Source of the DNA: Eledone cirrhosa
Lineage: Eukaryota
NCBI GenBank assembly: GCA_964016885.1
Contig: OZ024763.1
Span: forward strand, 12,214,001 to 12,278,000
Length of the DNA: 64,000 nt
Direction of reading: 5' to 3'
The notes under the pieces are model-generated. The model searched no databases and had not been told where the DNA came from. It saw only the letters and a list, made by a program, of their open reading frames with translations. This document shows positions 12,665 to 23,872 of the stretch, one piece after another. How positions within the stretch are numbered: position 1 is the first letter of the stretch; each line of letters starts with the position of its first letter. Made by a program: the position numbers and the translations under genes.

Positions 12665-12940
12665 ATATCGTCATCATCATTCTACGTCCACTTTTCCCTG
12701 CTTGCAAGGGTTGGACGGGTCCTATTCAGCACAGCATCTCTCCACTTGTCACGGTCCTTCGTCATCTCCTCGGTGAGATCTGAGGTCTGCTCTCACCACC
12801 TCTGCCCATGTTTTCATGGTCTACCTCCACTGCATCTTCCCTCCACTGGGACATCCTGGCACTTCTTCACCCATCGGTCATCCTCCATGCGCATCACATG
12901 TCGATACCATCTCAGTCTTCTCTCCTGCACACCACAACTT
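12665..12940 (-). mobile_element. RTE LINE 3' stub
   Basis: Reads ERRLRWYRHVMRMEDDRWVKKCQDVPVEGR. Same family as 9358-9990. Confidence 0.8.
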
Positions 12941-13500
12941 ATATATATATATCCCATCCAGAGCTTTCTCACTTCTGTTGGAGGAAACCCAACCAAGTTG
13001 ACCTCCACTGGTTTTAGTCATGTCAGGGGTGTAGTTGTACTCACCATGCTTGGCTAATTGTGGTTTGGTGACGCTATTTAACCCATAGTTGGGGTGGGTG
13101 GCCATTGACTCTAAGGAGTTCAGCCCTTATTCCCATGAATCTTGGGTGATGAGGGAAAGAATATGATCACAAATACAAGCGGCTGAAATATGATTCCCCT
13201 GAAAGGTCAGTGGAGTAACATTTACTCAATAGTGTGTGAAACTCTTGAGATGAGGGTGTCGCTAACCGGTAGAGCCACCATTTTTCTGTATTGAACGGTG
13301 TATATATATTGTAAATCTATTTATTGACCACTTTTATATATATTATTTCAATGTCATCTTATAACTATACATATTAATGTATGTAAAGATGTAGGTAGAT
13401 ATAAAGGTAAATAGGTAGTTACATAGGGAGGTAGGTAGGTAGATAGGTAGGTTGGTAGATAGACAGATATATTGGTAGGTAGATAAATTGATAGATATAT

Positions 13501-16500
13501 TTCTTTTATTTGCCACTAGGGCATCAAAAGTGGGACAAGTACAAAGGGGGGAGTTTACACAAAAAGGCGTCCTCAATAAGGAGGAGGCAATAACAAAATA
13601 TAAAAATAAAATAAGATATAACAAAAAATAAAATTTTTAACAAAATCCTCAATAGAGAGGAGGCGCCTTGGGGGGTCGCACACACCCCCGAAAAAAGTGT
13701 GCAACCCTACTCCTCAGGAGCACAGAGAAGGGGTGCTCCCTTGGTCTTTCATCTTCCTCACCTATAGTCTGATGTAGAGTGAAGGCCCATTCACACGGGC
13801 CATTCTCGCCACTTTCACCCATCTTTCATAGAAACGGCTGGGGTGCAGCACCTCTCTCTCCATCCTGATCCTTCTTCCGAAATGATATCGGAAGAAACGG
13901 ACCAGTTGTTGGCCAGAGAGAAAGGTGCCCGACCTCAGTCCTTTCAGACGCGTCCACCATACAACCTCTTTCGCCATGGCTATTACGCACAGAAACACCG
14001 CCTCTGCTTCATCTTTGAAGGGGGGAGGCGGCTTGATCATTACAATAGACTCGGTGGTCAACCGGATCGGTCCCACCCTTGACAGCAGTTGTTCGACATA
14101 GCCCCACAGATCGGCTACGCCCGAGCAGTGTACCAATGCGTGTGCAACGGTTTCCTCGTCGCACACGCATCTGGGACAGATCTTTTTGGCGGGGTCCCTA
14201 CCCGGGCGCCCGTGTCTGTAGAGCCTTTCTCGAACGGGTAAAGCCCCTCGGTAGCACTGCCAGGCCAGGGACTTCTGGAAGTTGTCCATAGGTCCCGGGC
14301 TGAATGTCCTACCGAACAGGCTGGCCAGTTCGTCCTCCTCCATGTCTAGGGCTTCTCCGAGGGCGTCGTCGCACCTGCTGCGTACCAGCCCTCTATAGAA
14401 TGTTGCGGTGGAGTCTCCACTGATAACCGGATCCGCCTGCCAGAGGGCGGTGAGCGCCTGGGCACACTCAGTGTGCCAGGCGCCCAGTTTTCTCGGTCTT
14501 TGCTTGACCCAGGATTGCAGCTCGGTGAGTGAGACGAGTCTGGGAAAGGTTCGTCTCACAAACGAGGCCCACACCGGTTGTCCGGTGAGGAATACGTAGA
14601 GGTGCCGTAGCCTTAATGCGTGTTTACGCATCATTAGCCACGGCATCCCCAGCCCTCCTTTCAAAGGGTGTTGACAGCAGATGGATCTCCTCACCATAGG
14701 AGCCCGCCTCTTCCAAAGGAATTGGAAGAGCGCGCGCTCCATCTTGGTGAGGGTTTCCCTTGGGCAGGGCACTACGGTCAGGCGGTAGTAGATGACGGAC
14801 GCTATGTAGGTGTTCGCCACCTCCGCCCGACCTTTCAGGGATAGTTTGCAACTGGCCCACTTCTGGGTCAGTGCAAACACCCTGTTCGTAACCTCCGCCC
14901 AGTTTTTCTCCACCTGGAGGTCCGGTCCGAACCAGACCCCGAGCAACTTCACCGGGCCCTCCGTCCAGCGTCCGACGACGCCATCGGAGGGCATCGGTCT
15001 GCCCCTCCACGTGCCGAGTTGCAAACCAATCGACTTGTCCCGGTTCAGCTTAGCCCCTGTGAACTTTTCGTACTCCTCCAGTAAGGTGCCGACCGCCTCG
15101 ATTTCGGAGGCCGTCGACACCATTACTGTCACGTCATCGGCGTAGGCCGACACCGCTTTCCGCAATCCCGGTTCCAAAGGGATGCCCTGCAACAACTCCA
15201 ACTTCCGCAGTAGTGGCTCGAGAGTCAACACATACAGAAGGGAGGAGAGAGGGCACCCTTGTCGGATGGACCGCGCGATTTTGAACGGCTCCGAGAGGTA
15301 GCCGTTCACCTTGACCCTAGAGCAGATGCGGCTGCTGTGCATAGCAGTGATCCAGCCCCTGAAAACGGGTCCGAAGCCTGCCGCCGCTAGCACCGCATCC
15401 AGGTAACCATGGTCGACCCTATCGAACGCCTTAGATTGATCCAAGTTGATCAGAGCCCCACCAAAGCCGGGTTCGTTCCCAACCCTCTCTATGATGTATC
15501 GCATGAGGTGGAGGTTGTCATGGATGGACCTGGACGGGATAGCGCATGTCTGCGCATCTCCCACCAGGTTGCCCACGACAAGCGCCAACCTCTTTGCTAG
15601 CACCTTGGCCAAAATCTGTAACTCTGTATTTAGCAGTGTTATGGGCCTGAAGTTACTTATTTCGTCCCCCTTGTTCTCGTCCTTCCTCACTAGCGTGACT
15701 ACGCCCTTGGTCACAGTACAGGGAATTCTCCCGTTCTGTTGCCAGTTGCAGTAGACCGCCTCGAGGAGATCGGGGAACAAGTCCGGCATAGCTAGATATA
15801 ATTCGTAAGGAAGACCATCGAGACCCGGGGATTTGCGTTTGCCGCATTGGCTCAGCACGTCCTCTATCTCAGCGGCCGAAATCGGCTCCTCGCAGGACTT
15901 CGCCTCCCTGTCCGAGAGGCGCGGCAGGCCGTCGAGGTATGGACCGAAGTCCACGTTCCTAACCGGCTCCCCGCCCCTCCCGAACAGTCGGGCAAAGTGC
16001 CTTTGAAAGGCCTCACACATCTGCTTAGGCTCAAGAATCGCCCGTCCATCCAGGTCTCGCAAAGACCGGATGGTGGATTTAGTTCCACTGTTGGCCTCTG
16101 TCACGCGGGCCCAGCTAACAGCTTTGGTCCCCTCGTTCCCTAGAGCACGTATTTTACTTCGGACAACGCAGCCTTCGTGCTTCGCGTCGAAAAACTGGCT
16201 CAAAGCCGTTCTCGACGCTAGCACTCTGGCCACGTCGCCGCTTCTAATTGCCTCTTCTACTCTATCTATTAGCTCCCTTTCCTTCCTATTCTTATCCGCA
16301 GCTAGAACCTTACTAAATTCTATCGAGACTACTCTAATCTCTCTCTTTAGAGATACCCACCACCTGCTGTTGACGATCGCTCCAGTCAACCGTTCCTTAA
16401 CTAACGTACTAATCCGATTCCTGTAGGCTCTACTTGCCGGCAAGGACAAGTTGAGCTTCCAGTAACCGGGGCCCTGTCTATGAGTTCTGTCAAGGTTGAC

Positions 16501-17184
16501 CATGCAGGTCACTAATTTGTGGTCTGAATAGCCAACAATGCGCATTTTTGGACAACTTAAAAAGTCCTTATCCTTAATTCTAACTAAGAACCTATCTAGG
16601 TACGACCTAGATGATCCGCTACGATTTGCCCAAGTCCAGGTTGGCGCAGTCGGAAAATCTAGTCGATATCTATCGGCCAGGTCAAATCGACCGATTAACC
16701 CTTTGAGGCTATTACACCCCTCTCTATCGGGGCAGGCCCCTACGTAGTCCCAGCGTGCATCTAGGATACCATTCCAGTCCCCCACTAATAGCAAGGAGCG
16801 GGACGTCCCTAGAAAAGTCTCCAGACGATGGAAGAAGTCCGGCCGCATTGACCCGAAAGGGCCGTAGGCGGCTACCAACCTAAACGCTCCGCCTTTACCA
16901 CTGCCAAGGTCCAGAACCACTAGTCGACCCTCCGGGTCCAAATGTACCATCTGTGTTGCGAGACCCAGATGTTTTTGCAGCAGAACGACAACTCCACCCC
17001 CACCTCCGGGCTGACAGAGAGATGCGTGCATCTCAAAGTCATCAAAGGTGGGGGCCAGCTGTCGCACGTTGCTGATCCGGGCCTCGCAAATAACCATCAC
17101 ATCTATACGTTGTGACCTGAGGTCATTTAGAAGCATTGCTTGCTTCCAAGTTGAGCCCAGGCCACGCGCATTTAAACAGCCTAA
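13501..17184 (-). mobile_element. Tx1/L1-clade non-LTR retrotransposon (family 1), truncated at the ORF2 start, inserted in (TATC/TACC)n
   Basis: Open ORF2, then a 3' UTR ending GTGGCAAATAAAAGAAA. TAGA/TAGG arrays on both sides. GC-rich relative to the host. Confidence 0.9.
13762..17181 (-). CDS. LINE ORF2: AP endonuclease, reverse transcriptase and C-terminal Cys/His domain
   Basis: The frame is open upstream of the track's ATG (17136) to GCLNARGL, the APE N-terminal motif. APE motifs GDWN, YLDRF, SDH. RT motifs SPGLDG, FRPITLLN, LDQSKAFDRV, IRQGCPLS, YADD. C-terminal CPRC...HALVHC. No stops over about 1140 codons. Confidence 0.93.
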   Translation of the reverse strand, partial: GCLNARGLGSTWKQAMLLNDLRSQRIDVMVICEARISNVRQLAPTFDDFEMHASLCQPGGGGGVVVLLQKHLGLATQMVHLDPEGRLVVLDLGSGKGGAFRLVAAYGPFGSMRPDFFHRLETFLGTSRSLLLVGDWNGILDARWDYVGACPDREGCNSLKGLIGRFDLADRYRLDFPTAPTWTWANRSGSSRSYLDRFLVRIKDKDFLSCPKMRIVGYSDHKLVTCMVNLDRTHRQGPGYWKLNLSLPASRAYRNRISTLVKERLTGAIVNSRWWVSLKREIRVVSIEFSKVLAADKNRKERELIDRVEEAIRSGDVARVLASRTALSQFFDAKHEGCVVRSKIRALGNEGTKAVSWARVTEANSGTKSTIRSLRDLDGRAILEPKQMCEAFQRHFARLFGRGGEPVRNVDFGPYLDGLPRLSDREAKSCEEPISAAEIEDVLSQCGKRKSPGLDGLPYELYLAMPDLFPDLLEAVYCNWQQNGRIPCTVTKGVVTLVRKDENKGDEISNFRPITLLNTELQILAKVLAKRLALVVGNLVGDAQTCAIPSRSIHDNLHLMRYIIERVGNEPGFGGALINLDQSKAFDRVDHGYLDAVLAAAGFGPVFRGWITAMHSSRICSRVKVNGYLSEPFKIARSIRQGCPLSSLLYVLTLEPLLRKLELLQGIPLEPGLRKAVSAYADDVTVMVSTASEIEAVGTLLEEYEKFTGAKLNRDKSIGLQLGTWRGRPMPSDGVVGRWTEGPVKLLGVWFGPDLQVEKNWAEVTNRVFALTQKWASCKLSLKGRAEVANTYIASVIYYRLTVVPCPRETLTKMERALFQFLWKRRAPMVRRSICCQHPLKGGLGMPWLMMRKHALRLRHLYVFLTGQPVWASFVRRTFPRLVSLTELQSWVKQRPRKLGAWHTECAQALTALWQADPVISGDSTATFYRGLVRSRCDDALGEALDMEEDELASLFGRTFSPGPMDNFQKSLAWQCYRGALPVRERLYRHGRPGRDPAKKICPRCVCDEETVAHALVHCSGVADLWGYVEQLLSRVGPIRLTTESIVMIKPPPPFKDEAEAVFLCVIAMAKEVVWWTRLKGLRSGTFLSGQQLVRFFRYHFGRRIRMEREVLHPSRFYERWVKVARMARVNGPSLYIRL

Positions 17185-17644
17185 ATTGATAGATAGATAA
17201 ATTGATAGATTGATAAATTTAAACAGATAAATTGATAGATAGATAGGTAGATATACATAGAGAGAGATTGGTAGATAGGTAGATATATTTCTTTATTTGC
17301 CACACGGGCGCACAAGAAAGATAGATAGATTGGTAGGTAGATAATTACAAAAGAAGTATGTGTGTCTGTGTGTGTGTGGGTGTCTGTGTGGGTGTGGGTG
17401 TGTGTGGGTGTGTGTCTGTGTACAGAAAGATAATTTCTTTTAAAATTGCAGGTGTGGGGGGGGGGGAAGAGATGAGAGATAAGGGATGGTATTTTATGTA
17501 GTCTATTGATGAGAGAGGAGGAGGGGGAGGGACACAGAGAGGGGGGGAGATGGATAGCTAGATTTATGATAGACAGACAGACAGACAGACAGATAGATAG
17601 ATAGAAACGGATATATATATTGGTAGCTTGATGGATATATACAT

Positions 17645-18445
17645 AGATATATTTCTTTATTAGCCACAAGGGCGCACAAGAAAAGGGGACAATACAAAGA
17701 CATGCCGGGGATTTTACATACAATCGTGTAAAAATATTGAAACAGACAATTATAACAATCGAAATCCCCAATAGGGGGGAGGCCCCATAAATGGGTTGTT
17801 TAATACCCCGTAGATAGAACAACCCTCAACTCCAGGAGCATGTTGTGCAAGTGCTCCCTTCCTTTTGCTCCCTTCTTTAACCTACAGGTTTATATACAGA
17901 GAAGGCCCACTGACTCGGGGCATTTTTGCCACATTCACCCACCTTTCAGTAAATTTACTGGGGTGCAGTGCCCTCTCTCTCCACCCTGGTTCTCCTTCTA
18001 AAGTGATACTTAAAGAAGGGAATCAATTGTTGTCCGGAGAGAAAGGCATCTGTCCTCAGTCCTCTCAACCTTGTCCACCATATAACCTCTTTCACCATAG
18101 CCACCGTACAGAGGAAAACTGTCTCTCTTTCGTTTTTGAAAGAGGCTGGGAGTTTGATCCTTACTATGGACTCGGCAGTCAACTGGATTTGTCCCATACG
18201 CGACAGCAGTTGTTCTGCGTAGTTCCACAGGTCAGTTAAGCCTGGGCAGTGTACAATTGCGTGCAGGACGGTTTCAATGTCCTGCTCGCATCTTGGATAC
18301 GTCCTCTTGGAAGGATCCCTGCCGGGGCGTCTGTCCCTGTAGATCTTGTCTCGAACTGGTAGAGCTCCTCGGTAGCACTGCCAGGCCAGGGACCTCTGGA
18401 AGTTGTCCATAGGTCCCGGGCGGAAAGTCCTACTAAACAGACGGG
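17645..18445 (-). mobile_element. Tx1-clade family 2, 3' fragment (frameshifted)
   Basis: Reads MDNFQRSLAWQCYRGALPVRDKIY...HAIVHC, a diverged paralogue of the family 1 C-terminus. 3' end CCCTTGTGGCTAATAAAGAAAT followed by TATC repeats. Confidence 0.85.
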
Positions 18446-18447
18446 TG

Positions 18448-19180
18448 TGATAGATATATAGGTAGGTAGGTAGATATGGAGGGAGGGAGGTAGGTAGGGA
18501 GGGAGGGAGGTAAGTAGGTAGGTAGGTAGGTAAGTAGGTAGGGAGGTAGGTAGATATGGAGGGAGGGAGGTAGGTAGATATGTAGGTAGGTAGGGAGGGA
18601 GGGAGGTAAGTAGGTAGGTAGGTAGGTAAGTAGGTAGGGAGGTAGGTAGGTAGGTAGGTAGGTAGGTAGGTAAGTAGATAGGTAGGTAAGTAGGTAGGTA
18701 AGTAGGTAGGTAGGTAGGTAGGTAGGTAGGTAGGATGATAGGTAGGTAGGTAGGTAGATAGGTAGGTAGGTAGATAGATACATAGATAGGTAGGTAAGTA
18801 GATATCTTGCTTTATTTATTTATTCCGGTAGATAGATAGGTAGGTAGATAGATGGAGGGATAGACAGATGGATAGGCAGGCAGGCAGGTAGGTAGGTAAG
18901 TAGATAGGTAGGTAGGTAGGTTGATAGGGAGGTAGGTAGGTAGGTATGTGGGTAGGTAGGTAGGTAGGTAAGTAGGTAAGCAGATAGATAGGTAGGTACG
19001 TAGGGAGGGAGGTAGATATATAGGTAGGTAGGTAGATATGTAGGTAAGTAGATATCTTTCTTGATTTATTTATTCCAGTAGATAGGTAGGTAGGTAGATA
19101 GATAGATAGATGGAGGGATAGGTAGGTAGGTAAGTAGATAGGCAGGTAGGTAGGTAGGTAGGTAGGTAGGTAGGTAGGTA
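18448..19180. repeat. (TAGG/TAGA)n tetranucleotide array
   Basis: Direct reading. Contains short non-repeat interruptions near 18800-18830 and 19050-19080. Confidence 0.9.
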
Positions 19181-19671
19181 AATAGTTATATAGAGAAGTA
19201 ATCACCACAATCAACATCACCATTAACAACTCTAAAATCACTCCACTATTTCTCTCCCTCATTCACTCACTTCCTCCCACACACCTATCCCTTTCCTTTA
19301 ATAATTAGCCATGCTCATTAACGAGGCAAAAGGCAAAAGCGCTCACTAATGACTTCGTTAGCTGTAAGTAAGTGGTTGATTGGTGTAATGTTACAAGTGT
19401 GTACTTCTTGATATTTTCATTAATTTTGTCTCCGGCTTCTTTAACCCTTGCCATACCAACCAACCTGGCCAAAACCATCGACTGAAACTTTAAAGTCATT
19501 GCCACTCTTCTGTTTCATAGATCTTACACTCTGTTCTCTTGTATTGAGTGCTCACTTAGTTCATGTATGTATCCTTTAAGTTCACTGGTGTTTATATACA
19601 CTACAGTGTGTGTGTGTGTGTGTATGTATATATATATATATATATGGGTGTGTATATATATATATAATAAT

Positions 19672-19853
19672 AATTGTTTTTACTTTTGGCACAAGGCCAG
19701 CAATTATCCCCAGTACATTACTGGTGCTTTATTTTATCAACCCCATAAGGATGAAAGGCATAGTTAGCCTCGACGTGGTTTGAACCCAGAACGTAAAGGG
19801 CCATAACTCGATGCCGCAAAGCATGGTGTCTGACGCTCTACCGATACTTGCCA
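19672..19853 (-). mobile_element. SINE family B
   Basis: Reverse complement of the family B consensus. Confidence 0.8.
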
Positions 19854-19869
19854 ATTAATAGGAATAATG

Positions 19870-20150
19870 AAAATTATTGTGTACAGTGCTCAGGTGCACT
19901 ATAACTCATCAAAGGTGCATGTATAGTACATAGAATAATGTACAAATGCCAGGAAAGTGAACAGTGTATGAGTTATGATATACACACATGCGCGCATGTG
20001 TGTGTGTATGCAGGGGAAATATCAGGTGTAGTGTTGGCAAATTTCAGGAAGTATGGAGGTTTTGAAGGATGCAGTGTCTCGACAGCTAACAACTGATGCA
20101 GGTAGTTTGTTCCATGCTTCAGTAACTCTGAGGGTGAAAAATGTTTCCTA
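19870..20150 (-). mobile_element. CR1-like LINE 3' end
   Basis: Minus strand reads ...TLRVTEAWNKLPASVVSCRDTASFK..., a CR1-type RT C-terminus. Confidence 0.65.
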
Positions 20151-20197
20151 AGATGAATAAGCTGAAGTATAAGACGTGGATGTTGTCTTAACCCATT

Positions 20198-20545
20198 TAC
20201 ATTACTCTATATATACTAATGTATTTTCACAGTAAAGGCTTTACCTCACATAATACCTCACATAACATTCACATTACTCTATATATACTATTGTATTTTC
20301 ACAGTAAAGGCTTTACCTCACATAATACCTCACATAACATTCACATTACTCTATATATACTATTGTATTTTCACAGTAAAGGCTTTACCTCACATAATAT
20401 CTCACATAACATTTACATTACTCTATATATACTAATGTATTTTCACAGTAAAGGCTTTACCTCACATAATATTTCACATAACATTTACATTACTCTATAT
20501 ATACTATTGTATTTTCACAGTAAAGGCTTTATCTCACATAATATC
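20198..20545. repeat. 72-bp tandem repeat (about 5 copies) inside a piggyBac-like MITE
   Basis: Unit CACATTACTCTATATATACTATTGTATTTTCACAGTAAAGGCTTTACCTCACATAAT..., homologous to 3420-3500. Confidence 0.85.
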
Positions 20546-20592
20546 AAATATATGAGATTTTGATATTATTTATTTTAAGAACAATACCTTAA

Positions 20593-20883
20593 CCCTTTAG
20601 CATTTAAACCGGCCATATCCGGCCAGAATTCTCTCACCTCTTTCTGTTCATACTGATGTCAAGGTATTGTTCTCAAAATAAATAATATCAAAATCTCACA
20701 GATTCGATATCATATGAGATAATTGTGTGAGGTAAAGCCTTTACCTAGACAATACAATAGTATATATAGAGTAATGAAAATGCCTAAGGAGTAACATAAT
20801 TACGAGCAGCCAGTTACAGCCGGTTTGCACAGAAAGAGCTGAGAGAATTCTGGCTGGATACGGCTGGTTTAAATGCTAAAGGG
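20593..20883. mobile_element. piggyBac-like MITE
   Basis: TTAA TSD and long TIRs CCCTTTAGCATTTAAACC...GGTTTAAATGCTAAAGGG. Confidence 0.8.
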
Positions 20884-21098
20884 TTAAATGAATTATCGAA
20901 GTTAAATGAATTAACTGAAGGCAAAAGAGAAAGGACATGACAATAAAGTAAAAAAAATATGTCTTTAAGGATGAAGTTGGTGCTGTTTGGTAGAGTGGAA
21001 GGAAAGATAATAGCTGGACAAATAAGGGGAGAACATTTGAGTGGAGAGTATGGAGGGTAGAAGAATTGCTAGATATGTACGTCTGTGTGTGAGTGTGT

Positions 21099-21414
21099 GA
21101 AAAGATTCAGGACCTTGACGGCTGAGCTCCAGCCGTTTCGACAGCTAGATCTGACAGCTAATTCGGATCTAACTGTTGAAATGGCCAGAGCTCAGCTGTC
21201 GGGGTCCTGAATCTTTTCATATAACCCACTCTACTACCCCAAGTATCGAGTAATCTGGTGGGTTATAGTCCACCTGCTTTTTTGCTACACCATATCTGAT
21301 ACATATATATATATATATATATAGGAACTCGTTCCTATTACCCACTCTACTACCCTAAGTATTGAGTACTTTGGTGCGTTATGGTCCACCTGGTTCCTTA
21401 CCACATTTCCTTTG

Positions 21415-21415
<1 letters not shown>
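21099..21415. mobile_element. Family C elements: diverged palindrome with tail, then a second tail stub
   Basis: Palindrome GAAAAGATTCAGGACC...GGTCCTGAATCTTTTC (21099-21219), followed twice by an ACCCACTCTACTACCC..AGTAT(C/T)GAGTA tail. Confidence 0.7.
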
Positions 21416-21471
<56 letters not shown>

Positions 21472-21956
21472 AATAACATTAAGAAAGTAGCTGTGATTAC
21501 ATCAAGCATTTATTCATTATAATTATTTCAATGGCTACCCTTATGCAATCCAAGATGTAGTATTTACATTTGTTGCTGGTATGGGAGCGATTTCTTCAGC
21601 TGGTTTATTCGTTTATGTGATATGCTGCAGGCAAAAACATGTTTTTTTCTTGCGTGCCCAGCAAGCATATATGTATATCATCATCGTTTTATGTTCATTT
21701 TTCCCTGCTTGCATGGTTTACATGCCCAGGGCAAAGGAACTCACTACATTCATTAATAAGCCACAAAAATAAACATACCAGATGGTTCCTATCACACACT
21801 TTACACAACTACAAGTATATCATTTACTTTAAACATATGTACATTGTCTGTTTAAAATCATATTTGCAAATAAATGATATTCAATCGTATAAGACTGTTT
21901 GAATACTTACAACTTACATAATTATGGAATGTAATCAAATCAAGTTATGTAAAAAT

Positions 21957-22171
21957 GTTGGATTGGAAGTATCGGTAGAGCGTCGGACAACTTGCCTTGC
22001 AGCATAGAGTCACGACCCTTTATGTTCTGAGTTCAAATCCTGCTGAGGTTAGCTTTGCCTTTCATTCTTATGAGATCAATAAAATAAAGTACCAGTGATT
22101 CATTGGGGTTGATTTAATCCCCCCCCCCCCAAAAAAAAAAATTGCTGGCCTTGTGCCTTAAATAGAAACCA
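21957..22171 (+). mobile_element. SINE family B
   Basis: Matches the family B consensus. Confidence 0.8.
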
Positions 22172-22529
22172 TTGTTATTTGTATTTTTTCATTTGATTTC
22201 ACTTTATATACAATAACAACCTAGTAGCAACAATATACTTAGGGCAGGCATCTGCTGGTTTTGACAGTTTTGTTAGCTTTATTTTTTCTTTGTATTTATT
22301 GCTTGTCCTCACAAACACTTAACAAGTCACAACACAAACGTTGATAGGTAAAACAAACAAATTGAGAAAATAAATATGGAAAGGTATGAGAGGTTAAAAA
22401 TAAGTATAAAAGGATATGAATTAATTTTGCATTGAGAATATTTGAATGGTATTAAATATCAATTACATTTACTCTAAAAATTAAACAGAAAAGATTGTGT
22501 TGACATATATTACTAAGACAAATATTTGT

Positions 22530-22690
22530 GAAGTATGTGGGTGGTATTTTGTTAGAAATATCTTTGAGATTTCATTGATGCTAGGTTTACCAGGTATGTT
22601 TTCTAGAAACTTTTGAACACCTTTTGTTATGACACCTACAGTTCCTATCACTACTGGAATAGTGTGGACTTTAAGGTGCCACACTCTGTT
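22530..22690 (-). pseudogene. C-terminal fragment of an RLE-type (R4/Dong-like) LINE
   Basis: Reads WHLKVHTIPVVIGTVGVITK...LENIPG, resembling the IPVVIGALG motif that follows the restriction-like endonuclease. Confidence 0.6.
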
Positions 22691-22709
22691 TATATTTATT
22701 ATTATTAGG

Positions 22710-23312
22710 GTTGTACCCTTTATGGTCTGAGTTCAAATCCCGCCGAGGTTGACTTTGCCTTTCATCCTTCCGGGGTCGATAAAATAAAGTACCAGTAATA
22801 CACTGGGGTCGAATTAATCGACTTTCCCCTCCCCTAAAATTACTGGCCTTGTGCCTATACTAGAAATCATTATTAGGGTGGTAGATTGGCAGTATCGGTA
22901 GAGCATCAGATAATATGCTTTGCAGCATAGAGTTATAGCCCTTTACACTCTAAGTTCAAATCCCGCTGTGGTTAGCTTTTTCGTTCATCCTTACGGGGGT
23001 CGATAAAGCACCAGTAATACACTGGTGTCGATGTAATTGATCCCCCCCCCCCCAAAAAAAAATTGCTGGTCTTGTGCCTGTAGTAGAAATTATTATTATT
23101 AAGGTGGTAGATTGGCAGAACATGAAACACCATGTGTTGCAGCATATGGTTGCATCCCTTTACCTTCTGAGTTCAAATCTCACCGGGTTAACTTTGTCTT
23201 TCATCCTTACGGGGTCGATAAAATAAAGTACCAGTAATGTACTGGGCTCGATTTAATCGACTTTCCCCTTCCCCCCAAAATTGCTGGCCTTGTGCCTAAA
23301 TAAGAAACCATT
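22710..23312 (+). mobile_element. Three head-to-tail SINE family B copies joined by (ATT)n
   Basis: Consensus repeated at about 22710-22870, 22876-23090 and 23102-23312. Confidence 0.85.
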
Positions 23313-23324
23313 ATTATTATTATT

Positions 23325-23512
23325 AAGTCTCCCCCCCCCCCTATTGGGGAATTTTTCTTTGTTATTTTTTTTGTTACATCCTCTGTTTTTGTTTTTAACA
23401 TGCAGAAATGCCCATTTGTACCGTCCTGTATTGTCCTGCACTGTCCTTAATGTCTACTTTATGTAAACCCTTGTGGTTAATAAAGAAATCATTATTATTA
23501 TTATTATTATTA
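23325..23512 (+). mobile_element. Tx1-like 3' UTR stub (family 3) ending in (ATT)n
   Basis: Shares CCCCCTATTGGGGA, TGTATTGTCC and CCCTTGTGG(T/C)TAATAAAGAAAT with the Tx1 family 2 3' UTR. Confidence 0.7.
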
Positions 23513-23872
23513 TTTGTAACTTTCAGTATCCAAGACAGAACAATAAGAACATATTCTTGAGGAATCACTGGGCCTACGGCGGGGAACATTCTCAAGAAAG
23601 CCAGGTAGGTTGGAATTTTACACACCTTAATTATTTTTTATATATATATATATATAATGTGTGTGTGTATACATATATATTCGTTTTATTTGGTCTAAAT
23701 AGTGAGTCTTGCTACTCTGGAGTTCTGCCTGTTTACCACAGATAAACAGGTGAAACTCCAGAGTAACAAGACTTAATAAGATGAATATTAAAACTCTACT
23801 TTGGTATTGAGTATTATTTTCTTTCAGCCATCAACCTCATACATATACATACATATATATATTGAGGCACAT

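Noticed and set aside
13140-13215. Hammerhead-like motif GTGATGA..CCCT-GAAA-GGTC (similar decayed motifs at about 1060-1090 and 31490-31530)
   Set aside because: Core nucleotides or stem I are not intact. Probably decayed Penelope-like ends, so not called as ribozymes.
13843-16747. Antisense and alternative-frame ORFs within the Tx1 element
   Set aside because: Short shadows of a GC-rich coding sequence with no recognisable motifs.
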